This document shows positions 1 through 8,758 of a DNA stretch of 64,000 nucleotides, piece by piece. The stretch comes from an uncultured delta proteobacterium. Lineage in GTDB: Bacteria; Desulfobacterota; RBG-13-43-22. The position numbers were made by a program, and so were the translations under genes. The DNA is taken from positions 1 through 64,000 of the forward strand of contig CAVUPH010000025.1 in the NCBI GenBank assembly GCA_963743305.1, given 5' to 3'. Each line of letters begins with the position of its first letter. The stretch's first letter is position 1. Below the pieces are notes generated by a model, which had not been told where the DNA came from, searched no databases, and saw only the letters and a program-made list of their open reading frames with translations.

Positions 1-359
1 AGGGCTGTTCAAAAGACAGCGGCATCCAGGAGGGGCTTATGCCTGGTCAACGCCATGCACATACCGGCCTCGGTCTTTATCAACGACGACGAGTCCGGGC
101 CTGCACGAGGACTACGAGCGGTGGCTGGAGAAACTGGCGCCGCCACGATCCGTCGCCGCAACCAGTATCTGCATCACAACCGCAATCGGGCGAGGACAAC
201 GGCGACGCGCACCTGACAGCGCCAGATCATGGGCCGGGAGGTGGTGGTAGCCGTCACCGGAGGGCAAACTCGATTTCGGACCCTGGGAGCAAGATTTCTT
301 ACGGAGAATTCAACGGGGGAAGGAAGAAAAGGGTCTTAGTGAAAATTATTGGAGAATAG
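1..359 (+). CDS. yjbQ: YjbQ/UPF0047 family protein, 5'-truncated by the window edge, several indels
   Basis: Reading across frames gives [38 protein letters not shown]...[22 protein letters not shown]...[26 protein letters not shown], matching the UPF0047 family. Confidence 0.85.
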   Translation, partial: [118 protein letters not shown]

Positions 360-443
360 CGGAATAGTCCCACAAAATCAAGTTTAAACCTTGGGTTATG
401 CTACATAATCGGTTTGAAGGATAATCCAGGGAAAAAACGGGAT

Positions 444-1655
444 TTATTTTACCGATCTAAGTTCAACCATCTCCTTCACCCCTTCATTCCACTCCGCCAA
501 CATCCGCCCGCCGATCTCCCGGAATTCCGGATGTTCATTCAGGTAGGCTGAAAGACTTGTCCGCGTTTCCGTTACCGCCTCGGCCATGCGCTCGATGGTG
601 TCGGCGACGATCCTAACCGGCAGCGAAAGATGAGACACGGCAAAGCGCTCCAGTATTTTACGGGGCCACCATTTCTTGGTTCCCGCTACGGAAAGAGCGG
701 GTACGTCCTTTTTGAGATAGGCCGTGGTGGTCACCAGGTCGTAGACCGGCGCCAGCGTCACCACACCGGAAGGGGTGGGGTACAGGACTCCGAAATTCTT
801 TAAATGGCCGTCTCCGTTGCGCACCATCACCGACAGCACCAGGGTCGCGAAAAACTGCTCCTGGGCTGCCGGGAGGTAGTCACCGGAAACAAAGTCTCGG
901 ATGCTCCGGGCCACCCGTTCATAGCTCCCGGTGTATTTTTGCGCGGTCCCCAGGGCCTGGAGGCTGCACATATCCTCGAACCCGATAGAGGTGCCCTCCG
1001 GGGTCAGGTCAAATCGGCGCAGGATGAATAAGCCGCTGTTCCGGGAGAGATGGAATTCCGGCACCGGCAAGCCGGCCCGCTTGGCCGCCGTCATGCAGAA
1101 ATACTCATTGGCGGCTATTTGCGGGTAATCCGCGCCCCCGGACTTGACGATAAAACCCGCCGCTGAAAGGGTGCCGCGCTCGGTGGCCTCCAGCATAACC
1201 TTGGGTTGGATTCCGGAAATCCCGGAACGGAGGGCGTAGCGGGCCACCAGGTCCTGGAAGAGCTCCCGACTATCCGGGTAGGTGAGCAGCTCATCGAGAG
1301 ACTCGGGGGTTTCGGATAGACGGGGCGAATCGTCCCCGGGGAGGGAGAACCGGTTTCTCCCCACCTGATTCCCCCCGGTTACACGGAGGATCGACAGATC
1401 ATCTTCGCCCACCAGCTTGGCAATGGCCCGCCGAATCGTCTCCAACAGGGCGCCTTCCGGCAGGTTCATCTGAAATATGGGATGCAGTTCGCGGCTCAGC
1501 CAACTTTCCAACCGAACCGGCATGGTCAGGGAAACCTGGGCATCGGCAGCGGCTTCCGGGGAATAGGCGAAGACATAATCCCGACCTCCCTCGCGGGCCA
1601 GAATACCTGCTGGCTTGTCCCCGGCCCATACGGCCAACGACGTGACTCCTCCCAT
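444..1655 (-). CDS. hipA: HipA-family Ser/Thr kinase toxin with fused HipA N-terminal domain
   Basis: ISGIQPK P-loop, RRFD, FEDMCSL, NGDGHLKNF and LAPVYD motifs; N-terminal VSLTMP...HPIFQMNLPEG. Confidence 0.93.
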   Translation of the reverse strand: MGGVTSLAVWAGDKPAGILAREGGRDYVFAYSPEAAADAQVSLTMPVRLESWLSRELHPIFQMNLPEGALLETIRRAIAKLVGEDDLSILRVTGGNQVGRNRFSLPGDDSPRLSETPESLDELLTYPDSRELFQDLVARYALRSGISGIQPKVMLEATERGTLSAAGFIVKSGGADYPQIAANEYFCMTAAKRAGLPVPEFHLSRNSGLFILRRFDLTPEGTSIGFEDMCSLQALGTAQKYTGSYERVARSIRDFVSGDYLPAAQEQFFATLVLSVMVRNGDGHLKNFGVLYPTPSGVVTLAPVYDLVTTTAYLKKDVPALSVAGTKKWWPRKILERFAVSHLSLPVRIVADTIERMAEAVTETRTSLSAYLNEHPEFREIGGRMLAEWNEGVKEMVELRSVK

Positions 1656-1900
1656 CAGCCAATCTCCTCGTTTCGCAACTCCTCCAAGGTAGGCGGCCTG
1701 CCTTTGGACCGGACCTTCAACTCCAGTCCTAGAAGATCGAGGAGGCGGATCAATTTCCGCACTCCAACCTCTTGGACCGTGCCATTTTCGATCTGCCCGA
1801 TCGTGGTCCGGCTCATCCCCAGTTTTTCGGCTAATTCCTCCTGGGTCATTTTGCAGTTCTTCCGTGCCTCGCGAATTGTCTTGCCGATATCGAATAGCAT
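1655..1900 (-). CDS. hipB: HipB-like Xre HTH antitoxin
   Basis: 81 aa, IREARK...MTQEELAEKLGMSRTTIGQIENG; stop overlaps the hipA start. Confidence 0.9.
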   Translation of the reverse strand: MLFDIGKTIREARKNCKMTQEELAEKLGMSRTTIGQIENGTVQEVGVRKLIRLLDLLGLELKVRSKGRPPTLEELRNEEIG

Positions 1901-1903
1901 AAT

Positions 1904-1958
1904 TGCATTATATATAATCCATAAATAATATTAAAGTAAAAAATGAATTATATATGAT
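1904..1958. promoter_or_regulatory. Candidate HipB operator pair
   Basis: TGCATTATATATAAT and TGAATTATATATGAT: repeated near-palindromic AT boxes just upstream of hipB. Confidence 0.5.
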
Positions 1959-1965
1959 GTATTTT

Positions 1966-2025
1966 TACGGGGAATTTGACGGGGGAAGAAAGAAAAGGGT
2001 CCTGGTAAAGATTATTGGTGAGTAG
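1966..2025 (+). repeat. Diverged duplicate of the last 20 codons of yjbQ (copy of 300-359)
   Basis: Encodes [19 protein letters not shown] versus [19 protein letters not shown]; 50/60 nt identical by hand count. Confidence 0.92.
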
Positions 2026-2033
2026 GGTCGGGA

Positions 2034-2078
2034 CTACCCCAAAGCTGGGATCACGTCATCCGCCGTGGCGATCCGGTA
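2034..2078 (-). repeat. Duplicate of 3043-3087 (probable 3' end of the ATPase remnant)
   Basis: 41/45 nt direct repeat; reads YRIATADDVIPALG* versus YRIVTAEDVIRALG* on the minus strand. Confidence 0.88.
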
Positions 2079-2176
2079 GACAAAAAGTTTCAACTTCCTG
2101 AAAATCAAATCACTTGCCAGGGATGGAATACAATAATTATACTTAAGTATGAATTAGTTGATATCATGGAGGGTTT

Positions 2177-2431
2177 ATGGATCGATCTGTCAAGTTTGCT
2201 GTCAGCCTCCCGGAAAGTGAATTCCTGTCTCTTGAGGAACATAGAAAAAAGGAAGGGGTCAGTCGGAGCAGACTGGTCCTGGAAGCCTTGAGGCTCTGGA
2301 AGGAAAACAAAGAAACAAAAAAAATGGTCAGGACCTATCAGGAAGGCTATCGGCGGGTCCCGGAAAAAGTCCATGAAATTGCCGGCTGGGAGAAGACCTC
2401 GGTTGAAAGTTTTTCCCAGGAGGATTGGTAA
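2177..2431 (+). CDS. Ribbon-helix-helix (CopG-type) antitoxin of a MazEF-like pair
   Basis: VKFAVSLP...EGVSRSRLVLEAL RHH pattern, YQEGYRRVPE, acidic Trp-ending tail; overlaps the toxin start. Confidence 0.85.
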   Translation: MDRSVKFAVSLPESEFLSLEEHRKKEGVSRSRLVLEALRLWKENKETKKMVRTYQEGYRRVPEKVHEIAGWEKTSVESFSQEDW

Positions 2432-2745
2432 TGCTCCGGGGGGAAATCTGGTGGGCTAAATTGCCGCCGCCCATCGGCCGACGCCCGGTTCTTCTGCTCA
2501 GCCGCCATGAGGCCTATGCCGTAAGAAATGCCGTTACCGTTGCCGAAGTGACCACCACTATGCGGGGCATCCCGGTCGAGGTACCCTTAAATCAGGAGGA
2601 TGGAATGCCAAAGCCATGTGTTATTAATCTCGACACCCTGGCCACCATCCGGAAGGACTTGTTGGAGACCAGGATAACCATTATAAGTGATGAAAAAATG
2701 GCCCTGGTCAATAAGGCCATAAAATTCGCCCTGGCTGTTCCCTAA
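2431..2745 (+). CDS. mazF: PemK/MazF-family endoribonuclease toxin
   Basis: MLRGEIWWAKL...GRRPVLLLSR...TTT.RGIPVEV.L...C.INLD. Confidence 0.92.
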   Translation: MLRGEIWWAKLPPPIGRRPVLLLSRHEAYAVRNAVTVAEVTTTMRGIPVEVPLNQEDGMPKPCVINLDTLATIRKDLLETRITIISDEKMALVNKAIKFALAVP

Positions 2746-2753
2746 TTGGAGTA

Positions 2754-3011
2754 CAAAACAATATAGAAAATCGCATCATTCCGGCAATAACCGTCCTTCC
2801 TTTTGATATCGGCACGGCCAAGATCTTCGGCAGAGTCCGCGCTCAACTTGAAGAAGCTGGAACAATCCTTCCGGATGCGAATCTTCAGATTGCGGCCACG
2901 GCTCTGGGACACGACCTGGAGCTTGTGACCGGTAATCTCCGCCATTTCAGGAGAATCCCCGGCCTGAAGCTCAACGCTATCCTCGCCGGTTCACGGGGAA
3001 ACGGCGGTTGA
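2754..3011 (+). pseudogene. C-terminal half of a VapC PIN toxin (no start, no antitoxin)
   Basis: Hand translation ITVLPFDIGTAKIFGRVRAQLEEAGTILPDANLQIAATALGHDLELVTGNLRHFRRIPGLKL; not in the ORF track. Confidence 0.85.
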
Positions 3012-3042
3012 TTTCTTTTAACCCTAATTAGCCTGGCCGGCA

Positions 3043-3370
3043 CTACCCCAAAGCTCTGATCACGTCTTCCGCCGTGACGATCCGGTAGGAGCGGCCGTGT
3101 CTTTTTAAACCAAGCCGGCACTCCGGCATGGATTTTCTCCAGAACTTTTTCTGAAACCGCTCCTTCGTGCCACTTTACTTCGCCTAATAAAAGGACCGAC
3201 ATGTCCTGCGACCGGGCCACCACATCCCATTCCGGCCTGGAACCACCCCAGTAGCGGCCCGCCGGAGACCATCCCCCGTACCCTGATAAGATCTCTCCCG
3301 TTTCCCCCAACGCCGGAAGGGCCAATCGGCAGATCTCCTCCCAGACCTCGGCCAACAATCCATTTTTTAT
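3043..3370 (-). pseudogene. C-terminal remnant of an archaeal-type ATPase with DUF234/PD-(D/E)xK tail
   Basis: WEEICR...GRYWGG..PEWDVVARS...LLLGEVKW; ATPase domain missing, frame break before the presumed last codons. Confidence 0.7.
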
Positions 3371-3430
3371 ACCTAAAAACATAATGTCTTTCCTCATAAT
3401 CTTTAGTTCGAAAATAACCTCGCGCCCCCG

Positions 3431-3527
3431 GTCATTGCGAGGAGAGAAGCGACGAAGCAATCCCCCTGTTGGCTGACAACGCTCCCTGACCTCAATCGGG
3501 GGATTGCTTCGTTTCACTCGCAATGAC
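3431..3527. repeat. Palindromic mini-element, GTCATTGCGA...TCGCAATGAC family
   Basis: Terminal IR GTCATTGCGAG/CTCGCAATGAC, inner GAAGCAATCCCCC/GGGGGATTGCTTC; second copy at 20678-20776. Confidence 0.85.
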
Positions 3528-3578
3528 AGGGGATCGGTTATTTTCATGTTTCGGGATTGCCTGCTGTAGGCATGGGGG

Positions 3579-3746
3579 TTTAGTACGAATATAGAGGTTG
3601 GTGATTATTCCTGCCCCCTGAAAATCCCCCTAAATCCCCCTTTGCCAAAGGGGGACTTTAACTCCCCCCTTAGAAAAAGGGGGGTTGGGGGGGATTTTCA
3701 GGCTCCGCGGGTGCCCGCCCCGTGCCCGAGGGTTTGGTATAAATTT
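3579..3746. repeat. ~170-bp dispersed repeat with CCCCCTTTG..AAAGGGGG hairpins (copy 1)
   Basis: Aligns end to end by eye with 41680-41848, including CCCCCTTTGC-AAGGGGGACTTTAACTCCCCCCTT. Confidence 0.88.
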
Positions 3747-3761
3747 TGGGATAAAAAAACC

Positions 3762-3814
3762 TTGACAAGAGAAGTGACATTAAGTAATAACGTTATTAGT
3801 CAATATATTGACTA
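3762..3814 (+). promoter_or_regulatory. Sigma70-like promoter with perfect 18-bp palindromic operator
   Basis: TTGACA(3762)-17 nt-TAATAA(3785); TAGTCAATATATTGACTA at 3797-3814 upstream of the catabolic operon. Confidence 0.65.
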
Positions 3815-3866
3815 TCAATATTTTTATTGTTTGCCGATTAAAAAAATATAAAGAGGGAGGTCAACA

Positions 3867-5324
3867 GTGGACGTTAAATCAAAACTGTCCGAATTCGTTG
3901 GGGCTGAAAACTTCTCGGATGATCCGGCTCAGTTGCAAAATTATGCCACCGATTTCAGCTACACCCCGGCCGGGGCACCCAATTACGTTGTGAAACCGGG
4001 GAGTTCCGAGGAAGTGGCCCAGGTCGTCCGGTTCTGTCAGGAAAAGAGCCTGCCGGTCGTGCCCTGCAGTTCCAAGGTCCATTTTTTTGGCGCCACCATC
4101 CCCAGGGAGGGGGGAGTGGTTCTCGACCTGTCCCGGATGAACCGGATCCTGGAGATCGACGCCGACAACCGCCGGGTCCGGTTCGAGGCCGGAGTCACCT
4201 GGGGTCAAATGACCGCCGAACTGAAAAAGGCGGGCTTCCGGGTCATCATGCCCTTGACGCCGCCGGCCGAGCGCTCCGTGCTCACCGACTTCCTGGAACG
4301 GGAAGAACCCACCAACCAGGTCTATGATTACGGCGAACCCCTGGAGGCCATGGAAGTGGTCTGGCCCACCGGCGAAATTTTCCGCATGGGTTCCGCCAGT
4401 GTCAACGGCTATCCTGAATCCAGCTCCAAGGGGGCGAACCCTTCGGGGCCGGGGCTCGATTTTTACCGGTTTTTCCAGTGCGCCCAGGGGACCATGGGCG
4501 TAGTCACCTGGACCAATTTAAAAATTGAATCCATCCCCAGGATGGACAAGGTCCTTTTCGCCCCGGTGGAGGACCTGGAGGAGGCCATCCAGTTTCTGCA
4601 CCGCATCCTGCCGCGCCGGATCGGCCAGGAAGTCCTGCTGCTGAATCCGGTGGAGCTGGCAGCGCTGCTGGCCGAGGAATGGCCGGAGGATTTCGACCGC
4701 TTGGAAGCGGCCTTGCCTCCCTGGACCCTGATCCTGGTGATCAGCGGCCTCAAGCGACGTCCGGAGGAAAAGATCGCCTACGAAGAGCATTTTCTGGCGG
4801 AAGTCCTCCGCAACGAATTTCCGGGTCTGAAACTGGGGGAGACCCTCCCGGGATTTCCCGGCCTGCACCATAAAATGCTGAAGCTGCTTCGGAACCCCTG
4901 GCCGGCCGATCGGCCCCACTGGAAGAATAGGCTCAAGGGGGCCTGCCAGAGCCTCTTTTTTCACACCCGGCCTCTCATGGCCCCGGATTTTATCGACCGC
5001 GTCGTGGAAATCGCCGAGGGCTACGACTATCCCATCCGGGAACTGGGGATTTATCTCCAACCCATCGAGCACAACCGGGCCTGCCGCCTGGAGTTCAATT
5101 TTTTCTACGATCCTCTCGATCCAGACGAGATAGAGGCCATCCGGGCGCTTTTTAAGGAAGCGGCCAAGGAACTGCTCAATGAGGGGGCGGTCTTCACCCG
5201 GCCTTACGGGGACCTGGCGCCCATCGTCTATGAGCGGGCCGCGGTATACGCCCATCAGCTCAAGCGGCTGAAAAAGGTCTTTGATCCCAACAACATCATG
5301 AATCCTTCACAACTGTGTTTCTAA
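3867..5324 (+). CDS. FAD-binding oxidoreductase (GlcD/VAO-type fold)
   Basis: P.YVVKPGSSEEVAQVV, GGVVLDLSRMNRILEID, GTMGVVT, LKKVFDPNNIMNP. Confidence 0.88.
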   Translation: MDVKSKLSEFVGAENFSDDPAQLQNYATDFSYTPAGAPNYVVKPGSSEEVAQVVRFCQEKSLPVVPCSSKVHFFGATIPREGGVVLDLSRMNRILEIDADNRRVRFEAGVTWGQMTAELKKAGFRVIMPLTPPAERSVLTDFLEREEPTNQVYDYGEPLEAMEVVWPTGEIFRMGSASVNGYPESSSKGANPSGPGLDFYRFFQCAQGTMGVVTWTNLKIESIPRMDKVLFAPVEDLEEAIQFLHRILPRRIGQEVLLLNPVELAALLAEEWPEDFDRLEAALPPWTLILVISGLKRRPEEKIAYEEHFLAEVLRNEFPGLKLGETLPGFPGLHHKMLKLLRNPWPADRPHWKNRLKGACQSLFFHTRPLMAPDFIDRVVEIAEGYDYPIRELGIYLQPIEHNRACRLEFNFFYDPLDPDEIEAIRALFKEAAKELLNEGAVFTRPYGDLAPIVYERAAVYAHQLKRLKKVFDPNNIMNPSQLCF

Positions 5325-5335
5325 GGAGGGTAACT

Positions 5336-6661
5336 ATGGCCACGGAACAACCCATCCGTTATTACCGACCGAAAGCGGATTTCAAATTCGATATTACCGA
5401 CATACAAAATTTTGTCTATGACATGAGCCGTTGCATCAAATGCAAAGGCTGTACCTGGGTGGACCACACCTATATGCCGGGGGCCCGGTTTATGACCCGC
5501 TGCCCCAGCGCCGCCAAGTATGAATTCGACGCCTACGGGGCCTATGGCAAGATGCGCATCGGCCACGCCATGGCCGAAGGGCTGCTGCCCTGGAACGAAC
5601 GGGCGCTGGAAGTGATCTACGCCTGCACCCTCTGCGGGGCCTGCGACGTGGGCTGCAAAAGGAACCTGGATCTGGAAATCGAGCTCAGCCTGGAATCGCT
5701 CCGCGTTAAGGCCGTTCAGGACGGCGTGGGCCCCATGCCGGCGCACAAGAAGATCGCCGGGAACATTTCCGCGCAGCATAACTTGTATGGCGCCCCTCAC
5801 GACAAAAGGAGGGATTGGATCTCCGCCGGAATCACTCCGGCCGCCAAGGCGGACGTGCTCTACTTCGTCGGCTGCACGGCGTCCTATGTCAACCAAGAGA
5901 TCGCCCAGTCCACGGCGAAAATTCTCCAGGCGGCGGGAACAAAATACATGCTCCTGCCGGACGAATGGTGCTGCGGCAACACCCTTTTTTCCGTGGGGCT
6001 GCTGGATCAGGCCCGGGAGCTGGCCCGCCGCAATGTGGAGGAAGTCCGCCGGACCGGGGCCAAGACCCTGCTCCTGAGCTGCGCCGAGGGCCTGCGCATG
6101 TGGAAGGTGGACGTGCCCAAGCTTTTGAATATTTCCACGGAGGATCTCGGCTTCCAGGTCGTTCACCTGGTAGAATTCGTGGACGAACAAGTTAAAAACG
6201 GCGCCCTCAAAATGAAAAAGTCCCTGGAGACCCGGTTGACTTATCATGACGCTTGCAGCCTCAGCCGGTTGAGCGAGCCCTGGACACCCTATGAGGGAAA
6301 GCGGGGCTGGATGGGCTGTGTGGAACCCCGGCTGAAGCGGCGACGCGGAACCAACGGCATTTACGCCCAACCCCGGGATATCCTCAAGGCCATCCCCGGC
6401 GTGGAGCTGGTGGAAATGCCGCGAACCCGGGAGAATGCCTTCTGTTGCGGCGCCGGCCGGGGCACCCAGGAAGCCTTTCCGGAATTTGCCGCTTGGGCGG
6501 CCGCCCAGCGGCTGGAAGAGGTCAGGGAGGTCGGCGCCGAAACGCTGGTGACGGCCTGCCCCTGGTGTAAAAATAATTTCAACCAGGCCGTCAAGGCCGG
6601 CGGCGAGGCGGTGCAGGTCCGGGATATCTCGGAAGTGATCTGCGCCTCCCTGGAAGCCTAA
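5336..6661 (+). CDS. Fe-S / cysteine-rich CCG-domain oxidoreductase subunit (GlcF/HdrD-like)
   Basis: CIKCKGC...CP, CTLCGACDVGC, YFVGC, EWCCG, YHDAC, FCCG, TACPWC; RBS AAGGAGG before ATG 5336. Confidence 0.9.
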   Translation: MATEQPIRYYRPKADFKFDITDIQNFVYDMSRCIKCKGCTWVDHTYMPGARFMTRCPSAAKYEFDAYGAYGKMRIGHAMAEGLLPWNERALEVIYACTLCGACDVGCKRNLDLEIELSLESLRVKAVQDGVGPMPAHKKIAGNISAQHNLYGAPHDKRRDWISAGITPAAKADVLYFVGCTASYVNQEIAQSTAKILQAAGTKYMLLPDEWCCGNTLFSVGLLDQARELARRNVEEVRRTGAKTLLLSCAEGLRMWKVDVPKLLNISTEDLGFQVVHLVEFVDEQVKNGALKMKKSLETRLTYHDACSLSRLSEPWTPYEGKRGWMGCVEPRLKRRRGTNGIYAQPRDILKAIPGVELVEMPRTRENAFCCGAGRGTQEAFPEFAAWAAAQRLEEVREVGAETLVTACPWCKNNFNQAVKAGGEAVQVRDISEVICASLEA

Positions 6662-6677
6662 GGGAAGGAGGAACACC

Positions 6678-8279
6678 ATGGCCATTTCCAAAGAAATATA
6701 TAAGGTTTTTGAATCCATCGCGGGCCCGGCTTACGTCTCCGACGACCCGGTGATCTGTGAGGGCTATCGCAGCGGTCCGGGGGGGTACGAAAACGGCTTG
6801 GGGTACGAACGGGTCATGACCTGCATCCCGGGTTGCGTGATCATGCCCCGGACCACGGAAGAAGTCTCGCGGATTGTCAAGGTCTGCTACCGCCATGATA
6901 TCCCCTACGTCCCCTACAGCACGGGCTTTTACGGGCCCCGTTCCCATCCCCACGTGGAGGACGCCCTGCTGATCGACCTGAAGCGCATGAACGATTTCAT
7001 CCTGGATGAAAAACACTTTTATGTGGAGGTGGGTCCGGGGATGATCTATTCCCCCATCCAGGAAGAATCCATGAAGCACGGGGCCTATGTGGTTATCGGG
7101 GGCGGCGGGGCCCAGGCCTCGGCCATCGCCAACCTGATCGGCGACGGCTGGTCGCCCCTGAGCCACCGCATCGGCCTGCCGCACCGACGCATCCTGGGCA
7201 CGGAAATGGTCCTGCCGGACGGGGAAATCCTCCGACTCGGTTCCCTGGCCACCGGCGACGATCCCTTCTGGGGGGAAAGCCCGGGACCGGACCTGCGGGG
7301 CCTGCTGCGGGGCTATACCGGCCTTCGCGGCTGCCTGGGGATCGTCACCCGCATGGCCATCAAGACCCTGCCCTTCCAGCCCGAACGTCTGGAACCCACG
7401 GGGATCTCGCCCAATACGGCCCTGGCCCTGCCGGAAAAACGGATCAAGTGGATCAATTTCACCGTGCCCTCCAAGGAAGCCCAGGTCCAGGCCATGCGGG
7501 AAATCGGCCACGCCGAAATCGGCGGGGCAGTGACCAAGGTCCCCCTCTTCTGGCGGGCCATCGCCAAAGCGGAGTCCAAGGAGGATTTCTGGGACCTTTG
7601 GGGCAAAGAAAACGAGGAGACGGTGGCCAACTTCTTCATCGTCCGCGTGCTGCTTATTGGCTTCACCTCGGAAGAGCAGATGGAATACGACGAACGGGTC
7701 CTGATGGATATCATGACGCCCTTAGGCGGCATCGCCCGCCGGACCAAGCCCTCCGACGAGTCCTGGATCAAGAACGCCGATTCGGCCGGCATGTGGCTCA
7801 TGTGCGGCGGCTACGTTTCCGTGGACTATGTCATCGAGACCCTTTCCCAGTCCCCGGACCACGGTCCCTCCTACGCGGAATTGAAGAAAAAGTACACCCC
7901 GCCGCTGATGCCCGATTACGGCGATCCCGGCTGGTTCCAGAGCTTCGAACTGGGACACCAGGGCTATTCGGAATTCCTGATCTATTGGGATCAGGATGAC
8001 GACACCAACGCGGTGGACCAATTCTACGTGGATACCTCCAAGATGAACATCAAGAACCGTTTCTACACCTCGCTGCTCGGTCCCCATCAGCCCCTGTATC
8101 TGACCGGACCGAAATACGGCCCCAATTACCATGAATTCCTGCTTAAGGTGAAGAACGAGTTCGACCCCAAATGGAAGTCTCATCCACCGGTGCCCCTGGC
8201 CCACGACGTTTTCGTGGAACGCGCTCCTTGGATGCAGGCCATGAAGGATTGGGAGTCTCCGGACGATCTGCCGAAATAG
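6678..8279 (+). CDS. Second FAD-binding oxidoreductase (GlcD/VAO-type fold)
   Basis: PGCVIMPRTTEEVSRIV, LIDLKRMN, EMVLPDGEILRLGS, GPDLRGL...LGIVT, KNEFDP. Confidence 0.85.
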   Translation: MAISKEIYKVFESIAGPAYVSDDPVICEGYRSGPGGYENGLGYERVMTCIPGCVIMPRTTEEVSRIVKVCYRHDIPYVPYSTGFYGPRSHPHVEDALLIDLKRMNDFILDEKHFYVEVGPGMIYSPIQEESMKHGAYVVIGGGGAQASAIANLIGDGWSPLSHRIGLPHRRILGTEMVLPDGEILRLGSLATGDDPFWGESPGPDLRGLLRGYTGLRGCLGIVTRMAIKTLPFQPERLEPTGISPNTALALPEKRIKWINFTVPSKEAQVQAMREIGHAEIGGAVTKVPLFWRAIAKAESKEDFWDLWGKENEETVANFFIVRVLLIGFTSEEQMEYDERVLMDIMTPLGGIARRTKPSDESWIKNADSAGMWLMCGGYVSVDYVIETLSQSPDHGPSYAELKKKYTPPLMPDYGDPGWFQSFELGHQGYSEFLIYWDQDDDTNAVDQFYVDTSKMNIKNRFYTSLLGPHQPLYLTGPKYGPNYHEFLLKVKNEFDPKWKSHPPVPLAHDVFVERAPWMQAMKDWESPDDLPK

Positions 8280-8437
8280 TCGGCTGGGGATCGCCTAATG
8301 AATCGGCCTATTCCCCCGGCCCTCGTTTGCACGAGGGCTTCTCAAGAGGAGAGTGAACTCCCCTCTTTTTCTCCCACCGCCACCTCTCGTCCGGCCTGGT
8401 CGGACGAGAGGTGGCGGCCCCCCAATCAGGTATTCGA

Positions 8438-8580
8438 TGGAAGGATTGGCTGAAGTCATGACCCAGGTTGAGGCCTTGCGGCTGGCCATGCGAAAAACTC
8501 CCCTGGAGAAACTGAAACCGGTGGACGTACTCACGCACGGTTTCTATCAAATCAAGAATTTCGACACCGGGGCCGGGTTA
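8438..8580 (+). pseudogene. Possible fragment of an ABC transporter substrate-binding protein (C-terminal part)
   Basis: EALRLAMRKTPLEKLKPVDVLTHGFYQIKNFDTG resembles the IKxFDTGG region of branched-chain-type binding proteins; recognition from memory only. Confidence 0.35.
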
Positions 8581-8758
8581 GAACCTATAAGGCAAGGTGG
8601 AAAACCCTTTCGCCGAGACCAGATGGCCACGAGGGCCTGATTTCAGTCTAATCTACTAGATATTGTGGCCACCCACCCAAAAGGGCGAACAACCTTATTA
8701 ACTAACAGTTTTGCCCCGGAACTTGGGCCGCGGCCAAGGATTCAGCGAGGTACCTCCA

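Noticed and set aside
39-359. 106-aa ORF as a novel protein
   Set aside because: Mostly out-of-frame reading of the indel-damaged yjbQ gene.
8653-8668. CTACTAGATATTGTGG resembles an NrdR box
   Set aside because: Single copy, no ribonucleotide reductase gene nearby; NrdR boxes usually occur in tandem.
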